From the NCBI GenBank assembly GCA_025201805.1, contig MU619260.1:119569-183568 (forward strand): a DNA stretch of 64,000 nucleotides, in the 5' to 3' direction. This document shows, piece by piece, positions 1 to 10,110 of the stretch; position 1 is the first letter of the stretch; each line of letters opens with the position of its first letter. Under the pieces are notes generated by a model. It was not told where the DNA came from. It was given only the letters and a program-made list of their open reading frames with translations, and made no database searches. The stretch is from Parasitella parasitica NRRL 2501. Taxonomy: Eukaryota > Fungi > Mucoromycota. The position numbers and the translations under genes are program-made.

Positions 1-335
1 GCATAACTTCTTGGTTATGATTGTTGTTGAGTGCATGCATCATGAAAGTAAATTGGCTGTTCAAGTGCTGATTTGTCCGCAAGACTCACGACTGATCTGA
101 CATTTGTTCTTCTTCATCATAAATAGCAATAAGGAGTCTTTTGCGACCATTAAAAGCGAATGACATAGTTGGCACATTATTAACAAGCAAAATAATGGTT
201 GATATGTATTGTTTTTTAATAGAATAAATCGAAAATGTGAAGGTTTATACATGATTTCTAACTTCAGGGCTCTAATAATAACGAGATTTCGTGGCAAGTC
301 AGGATTTAATTTTACTGTCTCAAATGTAGGGAAAT

Positions 336-658
336 ATTGCTATTTAGACCTGAAGAACAAAATAGGAAATGTTATTATGCTAGAATCTTCTTGAAGCTTT
401 ATTTCATAGCGAATTCAAAGATATATAAAGGAAAGAAATTTAATCAATATACTATTAATCGAATTTTGAGCTCGGTCAAAAATAAAGTTAAAAAGGGAGG
501 GAAAGACTATCTATATAATATAAGAGAAAAGAAGGGTGGGTCATAATAACATTTTCTATTTTGTTCTTCAGGTCCAAATAGCAATTCAAGGTCGAAAGAA
601 ATTTCTCGAAAGAATTTCTTGAGACCGTCAGAACAAAATAGGAAATGTTAGAATGCTA
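336..658. repeat. DIRS right terminal repeat and internal complementary region (ICR)
   Basis: 336-379 and 542-585 form a 44-bp inverted repeat (2 mismatches). 630-658 is a direct copy of 354-382 (2 mismatches). It lies immediately downstream of the recombinase stop. Confidence 0.75.
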
Positions 659-1807
659 ATCCAGAGTTTTAAAAGAGTCATTTGCATCAAAGAATTCATC
701 CTGACTGGACAGAACCGTAGCCGTGAAGTCAACCTGAGCCATTTGGTTTCGTTGGTAATGTCGAACAAAGGTATCCGAAGAAGCCCAGTTACCAAGAGCC
801 ACGATATTATCAAGGGAGACACCACGATCCAAGGCGCGAGAAGAGGCTAACGACCGAATGGAGACTCCGGGTTCATCGGTGCACAAGGAGATGAACTCAC
901 GATGTAACCAAGTAGAAGTAGAAATAGTGGATGCGGAAAGAGGCTGATTGATGTTGTTGGACTTGACAAATAGCTTCGAATGGATTAGACGAGCCCGCAG
1001 AGTCGGATGGTCACGAAGTGCCTTAAAGCACTGAATAGGGCACAACTCGAAATCCTCCGTAAGCGGGTGAATGGTAAAAGGCTTGATGATGCGTCGTTTA
1101 CCACGAGTTTCCTTGGGAGCGACAACTTCCAAACGTAGACAGCCAGTTTCCGAAATGGAACACGACGTAAATGGGATGCGAGCCAAATCAGAGGGACGAA
1201 GAAATGCAGCCATAGCCAGCAGAAAAAACAATTTTTGTTGAAGTAATTTGATGTTAGTAGACGATCTGGAGGCGATAGAGCGAGCGTAAGCCAAAGCCGG
1301 AGAAGCATCAATAGTTGGACGGTGGATGGAGACCGGTGGAGCCTGCTTAGCGACTGTATCTAAATAAGAGTTGATCAGTGAATTCTCGCTAATACCTGTG
1401 GAGTCGTCATGTAAATGAGCCACTGCTGCTCGTAGTGTTTTAAGGGTGGACGCCTGCAGATTGTGGGCTTGTCGCATGTCAGCCAAAAAGTTCACCATAT
1501 CAGAAGGGGAGAAACCCTTACAAGAGACATTGTGTTGGGTAGCCCAAGCCAAGAAACGTAGCTGACTGCGCCGGTACTGATGGTTTGTAGCGTTGTCGGC
1601 TAAGCGTTCGGCCAAGAGATCCTCCATTGCTTGCGCACTGAGGTTCTGGCGTTCAAGCTTTGCCCGGATAATACCCAAACGGAGAGCCTCCAATGCCGGT
1701 GAAGCAGAGGATGTGGCGTTCTCGGAGACGTTGTCTGGACCGACTGTGGGGGCAACAGCAAGGGATCCGTCAGAGCTAGCCGTTGGAGAAGAGGAAACCA
1801 CATTGCA
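656..1807 (-). CDS. Tyrosine recombinase (phage-integrase family) of the DIRS element; 5' part lost in the N gap
   Basis: SAM-like N-domain (NHQYRRSQLRFLAWA...MVNFLA). Catalytic-like motifs AFLRPSDL, PKE, CPIQ, SIRSLASS, GNW and FVRHY. Confidence 0.85.
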   Translation of the reverse strand, partial: CNVVSSSPTASSDGSLAVAPTVGPDNVSENATSSASPALEALRLGIIRAKLERQNLSAQAMEDLLAERLADNATNHQYRRSQLRFLAWATQHNVSCKGFSPSDMVNFLADMRQAHNLQASTLKTLRAAVAHLHDDSTGISENSLINSYLDTVAKQAPPVSIHRPTIDASPALAYARSIASRSSTNIKLLQQKLFFLLAMAAFLRPSDLARIPFTSCSISETGCLRLEVVAPKETRGKRRIIKPFTIHPLTEDFELCPIQCFKALRDHPTLRARLIHSKLFVKSNNINQPLSASTISTSTWLHREFISLCTDEPGVSIRSLASSRALDRGVSLDNIVALGNWASSDTFVRHYQRNQMAQVDFTATVLSSQDEFFDANDSFKTLD

Positions 1808-2382
1808 NNNNNNNNNNNNNNNNNNNNNNNNNNNNNNNNNNNNNNNNNNNNNNNNNNNNNNNNNNNNNNNNNNNNNNNNNNNNNNNNNNNNNNNNNNNNN
1901 NNNNNNNNNNNNNNNNNNNNNNNNNNNNNNNNNNNNNNNNNNNNNNNNNNNNNNNNNNNNNNNNNNNNNNNNNNNNNNNNNNNNNNNNNNNNNNNNNNNN
2001 NNNNNNNNNNNNNNNNNNNNNNNNNNNNNNNNNNNNNNNNNNNNNNNNNNNNNNNNNNNNNNNNNNNNNNNNNNNNNNNNNNNNNNNNNNNNNNNNNNNN
2101 NNNNNNNNNNNNNNNNNNNNNNNNNNNNNNNNNNNNNNNNNNNNNNNNNNNNNNNNNNNNNNNNNNNNNNNNNNNNNNNNNNNNNNNNNNNNNNNNNNNN
2201 NNNNNNNNNNNNNNNNNNNNNNNNNNNNNNNNNNNNNNNNNNNNNNNNNNNNNNNNNNNNNNNNNNNNNNNNNNNNNNNNNNNNNNNNNNNNNNNNNNNN
2301 NNNNNNNNNNNNNNNNNNNNNNNNNNNNNNNNNNNNNNNNNNNNNNNNNNNNNNNNNNNNNNNNNNNNNNNNNNNNNNNNNN

Positions 2383-3760
2383 AAGCCGCTTTGAGTTCTC
2401 GCCAATTGATTGATTGATCCGCTTCGTATGGTGTCCAGTAACCATGGGCTCGATGTTGGTTCCAACTGCAGCCCCAACCCGTGTTGCTCGCATCCACAAA
2501 GATGGTTTGTGTCGGTGTCGTTGGTAGGATCGAGCGACCGTTTCACTTCTTGAGGTTGTGGTACCACCATGATAGTTCCTGCAGACTCGCGGGATCCAAG
2601 GCTCGCGGAGTGTCCCAATCGGAATTCGTCTTGACTGTCTGGTTCTTGTAGTATAAGAGATGTCGAGTATACAGTCGGGCTGGAAAGACCGCAAACGTGG
2701 CCGCTTGGATACGCATTGTTAAGCTGTGAATCACTCGAGGACTTTGACGGTTGGGCTTGTCTAGAACTTGCTTTATTGATCGGCGTATATCTCGCAGTTT
2801 CTTCAACGGGAGAGCAGCTGTCATCTTCCTGGTATCCAATACAAAGCCGAGGTGTTCTAGTTGTTGGGTTGGAGTCAGCACTGACTTCTTGAAGTTGACT
2901 AGCCAGCCTAGTTGTTGGAGAAGGGAGACTACCATTTGGGATTGTTGAAGCGCTAATTCCTTGCTGTCTGCGACTAAGAGCCAGTCGTCCAAATAGGCTG
3001 AAATTCTGATGCCTTGAGATCGCAAGTGTTCTAAGATGGGCCTGCATACTTTGGTGAAGACATAGGGACTCGAGGCTAAGCCAAAGGCGATGGTACGGTA
3101 TTGGTAAATTTTGCCGTTCCATTTCAGGCGTAAATAGCGTCTCGATTCCGAATGGAGGCCTATATGTAGAAATGCATCTGACAAGTCGATTGAGACTAGA
3201 TAATCGTTTTGATGAACCATCAGTGATACTTCCCGTAACGTGTCCATTTTGAAGTGAGGAGCATGAAGATACTGGTTGAGTCGCTTGAGATTGAAGACTG
3301 GGCGTATGCCCCCATCTTTCTTGGGGATAACGAACATGGAGCTGTAGAAGCCTGGTGTTTGTTGGGGTTCCTCTGGAGAAACCAATTCGATTGCTTGTTT
3401 GTCTAAGAGATCTTGGATTGTCTGATCGATCAAAGGTACTTGATCTTGAGATAATGGGTGAATGGATGTTGGGGTTATCGTTGTTGGCGGTGTGGTGTGA
3501 AATTGAATCTTGTAGCCGTGTTGTATTGTGGTGTCGACGAATGAGTTGATGAAAATTTTTGTCCAATTTGAATAGCACCTGCTGAGCCGACCTCCTACTG
3601 GGTCGGTGGTTGTTGCTGAGAGTATTGGTGTTGTTACTGGCGAAAGGGGTTGGTGTTCTTCTTGTTGTTGTAGTAGCTGTTGTTGTTGTTGCTGTTGTTG
3701 GTGAGAAAGTTGTAGTTGTTGTTGCTGTTGCTGTTGCTGTTGTTGTTGTTGGTGCTGAAG
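2383..3760 (-). pseudogene. DIRS reverse transcriptase / RNase H with a premature stop at 2543
   Basis: Frame reads VGGRL..W, FYSSMFVIPKKDGGIRPVFNLK, IDLSDAF, FGLASSP, YLDD. It then reads KK*NGRS (W expected, TGG>TGA) and continues in frame into RNase H FVDASNTGWG...SINWRELKA. Confidence 0.9.
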
Positions 3761-3923
3761 CTACTGTTGTTGTTGTTGCTGGTGTTGTTGTTGCTGAAAC
3801 CACCCTGCTGAGAGGGCGGACCTGGCCGAAAAAACTGCTGACTACGACCATTCGAGAAAGAGTTGGAGACAGTAGGATTGCCATTTTGAAAACGACGGTG
3901 CTGACGTTTGTTGATGGTTGCAT
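2383..3923 (-). CDS. Long alternative-frame ORF overlapping gag and RT, probably the N-terminal extension of the recombinase ORF
   Basis: ATG at 3923 with no stop for ~513 codons up to the gap. Overlap of the YR ORF with RT/RH is known for DIRS1-type elements. Confidence 0.5.
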
Positions 3924-4239
3924 CGCGAGTAGCCTTACGTGCTGCCGTCTGCTGAATTAGAGTGTTCTGAAATTCATCTAGAGGAAGTGTGTAGTTAACC
4001 TCGTCCTCTGGTTTCAAGGAGAAAAAGGGGTTGATTGCACGAAGAGCGATATTATTGCGAACATGGGTAATAGAAGAACCCACATGCAATAAAAGCTTAC
4101 GAACATCCCGAAGCATTGTACAATAACGTTCCAAGTTAGGATTATCTGATTCCGATGAGACAAGTTCATGGCAGAGGATGTCAAGGGGACGGTAAACAGC
4201 GGATAGTGAGTATTGAAACTGTTTGAGTGAGTTGTCTTC
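3634..4239 (-). CDS. DIRS gag-like ORF1, C-terminal part (5' truncated), Asn-rich tail
   Basis: Frame EDNSLKQFQYSLSAVYRPLDILCHEL...RNNIALRAINP...QQFFRPGP then poly-Asn. Lies upstream of and overlaps RT. Confidence 0.75.
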   Translation of the reverse strand, partial: EDNSLKQFQYSLSAVYRPLDILCHELVSSESDNPNLERYCTMLRDVRKLLLHVGSSITHVRNNIALRAINPFFSLKPEDEVNYTLPLDEFQNTLIQQTAARKATRDATINKRQHRRFQNGNPTVSNSFSNGRSQQFFRPGPPSQQGGFSNNNTSNNNNSSFSTNNNNSNSNSNNNYNFLTNNSNNNNSYYNNKKNTNPFRQ

Positions 4240-7200
4240 GGCTACTGAGAAAAAGTGGGTACTTGAAAAGGGGGTATTTTTTTGGATAATAGATGATCCT
4301 GTACTGAAACAATTTATGCAAGAACATTATCATTTCATGATCTGACAGGTCTTTTTATTCAAAAGCTTCGAAAATATATATAATTTATTATTAAAGTTTT
4401 ATTCAATTTTTTTTTAACAAACGTACACGGTATTCTCTGTATACTTTAAGATTTTTGCCGCTCTTTCATGATCAAATGTAATTGGAATTATGGCTTCGTC
4501 AATATTATCAATCTTTACGAGACATAGTCTACCGGAAATCATATACCTGTAGCCGTAGCTGAATAAACTCGTGCATGCAGACAATATGTGGCAGATTCAT
4601 GGAGTCCATTTCCAAACGATATTTTGAAAGTCGTGGGGAAGTATACATTGCCTTTGTTTTCACGAATTAAGCTGAAGTTGCACATGTCCATCAAGAAAAG
4701 AAATCGAGTAATGTAGCAAATTTGTTCTTTCTAGTCATTTTGCTTTTACAATTGTCGTCGTAGTCGCGTCGCTTTTCTTCTACCGCATAAATATATCTTT
4801 GAAAAAATATTTCAGAAAACTTCTCTTCCAATTCAGCTTCATTATGATAGCTATTTGCAGACAAGCTTTGGTAAAGATCCAACCATACACCAATAAGTCT
4901 GGCTGGTTGAATAACATCAGTATAATTGTGACCAGCATTGCACTTCTTGTTCGAAAAAATTGTACCAGGATCTACACTTATCATAGTTGCTAGTTCAGGA
5001 GACAACTCATTCATGATCTTCCGAAAAACAGAAGAACAGCAAGCTTGCTCTCCTTTTCGAAACAGTAGATTTCCTTTAGCGTCTTTTAGACTCCAAACAA
5101 AGTTTCTTGCCATCAAAGTTGCCTGGTCTGTCGAATCCTTCTTTTGTTCGCGATACAATTTAAATGAATCCAGTAGACATTTATCATATGGATTTTTTGA
5201 GGAATGGACGTGGTACCCTGAGAGATCAACGAACAGAAGTACGGCATTCCAGAGAGGCTCGAGGTTAGCGTCAATGAAGCAGGCATTTTGTGAGTTAACC
5301 TTAATATACGAGTAGAATTTGGGCTGCTCACAGATGGAAACCATTGGAGTGAAATTAACCTGAGACACTAGTGACCTATAATCCATTAGTAGCAGTTCAG
5401 ATTCTTCAAAAAGAGGGTTGACAGCCCTTTTAGGAGGTATCTTCAACTGTTTTTCAGAAGACTCCAATAAGAATTCTATATCCAATTTGCGGTTTGTAAC
5501 AGCTTCAGAACGTTTGATAGTATTTTTTTCAGTTACAGAGATATTTGTTTCTGATTCAGCTGCAGGTTGTCGAGATTGAGAAGCAAGATTTAATTAGTAT
5601 ATTGGGTGGTTTACAGCATGAAGAAAAAATATTATTTATATACCTTGAAACAACCTTTTTATATCACTGTCTAAGTCTTTTTCTTGAATTTCCAGCTTCT
5701 GTATATCTTCAAGAATATTACCATCATCCACTTCCAATTCTTTGTACTGGCATAGTTCATCAAAGAAACCTCCATTAGGCTCATCAACATATTCATCTTC
5801 ATAGGCTTTTAGATAAACATCTAATTCTTCTTTCAATGCTGTCTTTGCCTTCTTTGTTCTCTTCTGACTAGCATTTTCTTCGCTAACTTTCTGCTTTCTT
5901 TTTTTTTCGCTTTTTCTATCCTTAAATATGGCATAGTCGCAATCAGGGGCTCTACCATCGTTTAGATCAAAACTATTGCTAAAAGACCTGTCAAGAGGCT
6001 TTCACTTCTTTGTCTTCTTGATAATTTTGGCTTGTGAGCCATACGATATGGGGATATTGTAATCCAATACATTTTGTAGTACTTCGCCATCACGTCTAGA
6101 TACCTCTAAAATTAATTCTAGAGCAGTGGGAACCGGCAGTCGTGTGGGGATCATAGTGTACAACTTTTTATGATACGCCTCCACACTGTTGGTTGTTATA
6201 GATTCATGCATTTGCAAACCAAGATTCATCACAGAGGGACTGGCAAAGATTGTGCTGGCAGTTGTTGGTCGTACCCACCACATAAGCCAAGTCTTGAGAT
6301 AAGGGAAGTTTGACAATATCGCTTTAATAGCTTGTTTATAAGTCTCTTCATATGTTGTCGTTCTCAAGTCATAAACAAGTTTCTTAAAGACATTTAGCTT
6401 TTCAGGAGGCACCAACTTGTGATTTCTTACACATGAACGACTGATTGCATCCAATGCATGTAGCAGCCTTTCGTAAGAGCGAGGGCTTTATTAGCAGTGC
6501 ACTGAAATACAGACTTGCATGCTTCTATAAATCCTGTATGCTGTGCAACTGAAAAATCCATGAGAGTGCCAAGGAAGCTTCTATTATCCTTGATTTGGAA
6601 TTTTTTGAAAAGAGCCTTGAAGTATAATTCGAATTGTTCAGCAGTTGTTTACTTTAAAATTGCTTGAAAAAAAACCATACTTCTTGTAACTTCAGGAACG
6701 AATATAACGAAAGAACAAAGATAATAACCATGGGGAACTGCTTTATACGTAATATCAGTTACAATTGGTTGAGCATCGAACGGCAACTGGTACTTTATCA
6801 TTTCGGGTGAAGAGAATGAGATGATTAACTTGGATGTCAATATTTCAGCGCTGAATATGAATCCAGGGAAGGCATTATCAAGATCATTAAAAGCCTTAAA
6901 GACGTCAGTGTTATCACCATTCAATTTCTGGAAATGCTTGGACTCTCTCAAATGGTATCTTGTGCGATCTTTGTTGCTCAATATTTTGTTGATAGACAGA
7001 GTACCTTTGATTCTTTTACCAGTGGAAGAAATCCCAGTAGTAGCGCCTATAGGAGTAATAAATGGGTCTTCTTTTGTTAACAGATCAATCTGTTTCTGTT
7101 CTTCAGAGGTAAGATGAATAGGAAGATATTTTCCATGAGAGAGAACTTTTGTGCCTTGTTTCTTATCAATCATATGGGTCGTAGTGCAAGTACTACCATT

Positions 7201-7873
7201 TTTTCCCAAGACTCGATAGTAGAACTCTACCACGACAAGACATGGCCTCTTTTCCATTGCAATTTTGCATTTATTGCATATCTGATCCTTGACTGCCTTA
7301 TGCTCGTTCATGTGAGGTCTAAGAGGGCGACCATAACCAGGGCATTTAGAAGTATTACAGTAGTAGGCACCTGCGCAACGTTTGGTGATTCTTTTGTCTT
7401 TGACATGTTCGTATTCACCAAGTACAACAGGACCTTTATTCTTCTCCATTTTTCTTTCATTTGGGTAATAGTAATTACTTTTCAATAACGCCCACCCTAT
7501 ATCAATGTTCGACCGGTCAAATGTTTGAAGCTTTTCATTGAAGTAGACTTCAGAAACCTCGATAACAGATTCAGTTGGAAATTGTGTTTCAAATATGGCT
7601 TTGCTTCGCATATTTTTACTTTTTAATATTGAAAATTGTAGAGAAAAAAGGTTTCTAGGAGGGAAGAGGGAAGTGATACTGTATTAATTTAGTTGGATGT
7701 AATGTATGACATTAGGTAGTACTATATACTGTCTTATTCGCGATATTCTAAGACCCTACTACTATTTCTGTCACTCCAACTGTTAATCGGTAGTACCCCC
7801 CCCCCCAATACTCCCGGAATATGTATTATTAAAAAAGACCCCCTTTTTTAATACCCTCTTTTTACCCAAATCC
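4240..7873 (-). mobile_element. Mutator-like (MULE/MuDR) DNA transposon with imperfect ~58-bp TIRs, inactive
   Basis: The left end ggctactgagaaaaagtgggtacttgaaaagggggtattttttt... resembles the reverse complement of the right end (ggatttgggtaaaaagagggtattaaaaaagggggtctttttt...). The two ends enclose a MULE-type transposase. No TSD. Confidence 0.8.
4414..7611 (-). pseudogene. MULE transposase pseudogene: GCM-like Zn domain + DDE core + putative USP-like peptidase
   Basis: GWALLKSN..KRCAGAYYC..C..LRP..C..C (GCM-like). DDE motifs IVTDITY, TLMDFSVAQ, GCYMHW (CxxH) and TTNSVEAYH, plus NDGRAPD. Stops at 6649 and 6002, frameshifts near 6435 and 4700. Confidence 0.8.
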
Positions 7874-8627
7874 GTAACAAATATCTACTTCTTCAAAGTC
7901 TTCAATTTTTTTTTTGTATATTTGAACATTTTCATCAGAGTATTTAACATAGAAAAACATGCAAATCGCTTGGTCTCTTGTTATATTCATTTTTAAGATA
8001 GTACAATAGAAAATCAGATGGAAGGGAAATGAAAAACAGATGAAAAACAATTGAAAAACAGATGAAAAACAGATGCAACAGATGAAATACAGATGAGCAA
8101 CAGATGCTGCGGATAGAATTCAAATGCCGCTAAACTGGCAAAAAACAAAACCAAGAAGAACACAAGACTGGCTCACAGCACAAACAAAAAACCCCAACCC
8201 CACAAACCACCGCCGACAGCACAAACAAGATCCGCAAAACTGCAAACAAACCACGTAAACGGAGAACAAAACAACTCGAACTCAAGCAAAACCAGCGAAA
8301 ACAACAAAGAGAGGCCTACGCACAACACACAATCCTCAAACAAACTGCAGAACATCCGTTGCCAGTTTAGCGACATTTGAATTCTATCCGCAGCATCTGT
8401 TGCTCATCTGTATTTCATCTGTTGCATCTGTTTTTCATCTGTTTTTCAATTGTTTTTCATCTGTTTTTCATTTCCCTTCCATCTGATTTTCTATTGTACT
8501 ATCTTAAAAATGAATATAACAAGAGACCAAGCGATTTGCATGTTTTTCTATGTTAAATACTCTGATGAAAATGTTCAAAAATACAAAAAAAAAAATTGAA
8601 GACTTTGAAGAAGTAGATATTTGTTAC
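7874..8627. repeat. Long inverted repeat: arms 7874-8141 and 8359-8627 around a 217-bp A/C-rich spacer
   Basis: Arms are near-identical reverse complements (about 2 substitutions plus a 1-nt difference in a poly-A run). Each carries about 7 tandem CAGATG motifs. Confidence 0.95.
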
Positions 8628-8708
8628 AATGTTGACGAGCGTAAACCAATTTTGGCCTCCAAACTGAGCATTTTTGGTGACCCCTTTACTTATAAAACGT
8701 GTATGTAG
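8510..8708 (+). pseudogene. Small (~65 aa) ORF MNITRDQAICMFF..., frameshifted in a poly-A run; truncated mirror copy at 7862-7990 (-)
   Basis: MNITRDQAICMFFYVKYSDENVQKYKKK / IEDFEEVDICYNVDERKPILASKLSIFGDPFTYKTCM. The left-arm copy is in frame through the A run but is cut after ICY. Confidence 0.5.
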
Positions 8709-8769
8709 AATATACTGTTGTGTAATGAAGGCGTCAGTATATACTATTTTCACATTTTAATATTATGTT

Positions 8770-10110
8770 ACTTACATGCATCTGAGGATGTTGAGCAAAT
8801 TGTACGTGTCACTATTCTTTGCGCCTGCTTTATTGAGTTCGAGTTGCTCCGTCAAGATCTCGATCATCATGAGATCCGTGTTGGCTTCGGCACCTCCACT
8901 AAAACAAAGAAGTCGTTGTAAGCAACGATGTTTTCAAGGCAGACTTGTTCTTTTGGGATTTACCTTTTCAATACCTTCTTCAACATACAGTATTCTCATC
9001 TTCATCTGATAATCCAACATACAAATCCAAATTTGATTTGTCGATAGTCTTCATCTCGTTCTTTGTCAATATCTTCTTTAATACTTGGTAGGATTCGGGA
9101 TGTATCAGGTTAGCTATATTGGATAAAGACAACCTAGCGAGTGAAAGAATAAAAACTTATTAGACCAGAGCCAAAACGCTTTTGAAAATATGATATTTAC
9201 CTCAGCATTTTGTCATCTTGAGCATTTTTGTTTTCTCCAATAACAGCTTTGCTCCCAGTCCAAGCAATTTATCCTTAATACAAGTTTTTTTCTTCATCAT
9301 CTGCTTCAATAAAGCTTTCTCTTCATCATTAAATTCGTGCTTATTAAACTAAAATGCATACAGAAATGTTAGTTAGCACAGCAGAAAGATAGAGAAATAT
9401 AGAAACATGAATGTTACTTTTTTGTAATACAACTTGTATAATTGATCGACTGGCTCTTGTTCTTCTTGTCCATTTTCATCTTCATTCTCATCTTCATTTT
9501 CATCTTCATTTTCATCTTCATTTTCTTCTTCATTTTCTTCTTCTTGTTCCACTTCTTTGTGGCTACTGCTACTGCTTTCTGCCAATATCCTCTGCGATCT
9601 CTTCGCCGCCTTTTTCATGCTCATAATGGCCAGCTTTTGACCCTCAAAACGACTCTCTGATTCGAAATCCCTCTATATTACAATAACCTCTTTGTTAGAT
9701 ATGATGAATAAAGTCAACGCGTATTTAGACTTTACCAAGGCCGATAACTCTTCAAAAAGTTTGTCCCATTTTTGTACGTTAAATTTTGTGTTTCTGTAAA
9801 ATAGGTTGGTTGGTCTTAAGAATTACGAGACAACTAAACTAATGAGCTTACCTTAATAATACATCTTGTCTTGTTTCTCTGATAGCGCTATTGAAATTAT
9901 TGACCCAGTTCCTATGCATACTTTGAGAGGTAGTAACAGAAGTCGCCAATGTCCATTCGGCAATCTTGGATTGGTGTTTTGTAACAAACTGGCAAAATGT
10001 GGGTTTTTTTTGTTTAAGATAAACTGATGTAGTTCTATATGGAAAACTTTAATACACCAACTGCTATTTTGCTTGTTTCATTTACCTTCTTCTCCAGGGA
10101 ATGTTGTCAT
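8770..10110 (-). pseudogene. Degenerate intron-containing gene remnant with an acidic EDEN repeat, possibly a PD-(D/E)xK nuclease-like protein
   Basis: Starts ATG ACA ACA TTC at 10110. Fragments include KKAAKRSQRILAE, a 12-bp EDEN repeat (9472-9545) and CFSGGAEANT. Multiple stops and frameshifts. Confidence 0.35.

Larger units (their letters stand above)
332..4239 (-). mobile_element. DIRS1-like tyrosine-recombinase retrotransposon, 5'-truncated, with a nonsense mutation in RT/RNase H
   Basis: Order gag - RT/RNase H - tyrosine recombinase on the minus strand. Inverted/direct repeat arrangement at the 3' end (336-379, 542-585, 630-658). The gag frame is cut at ~4239 by the next element's TIR. 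Confidence 0.9.

Noticed and set aside
656-2497. 613-aa ORF joining RNase H to the recombinase, and other ORFs spanning N runs
   Set aside because: The frame across the gap depends on an estimated N length, so the fusion is not evidence.
2543-6651. RIP-like C-to-T mutation as the cause of the nonsense codons in the transposons
   Set aside because: Only about three candidate sites, ancestral codons unknown, and RIP is not established in Mucorales.
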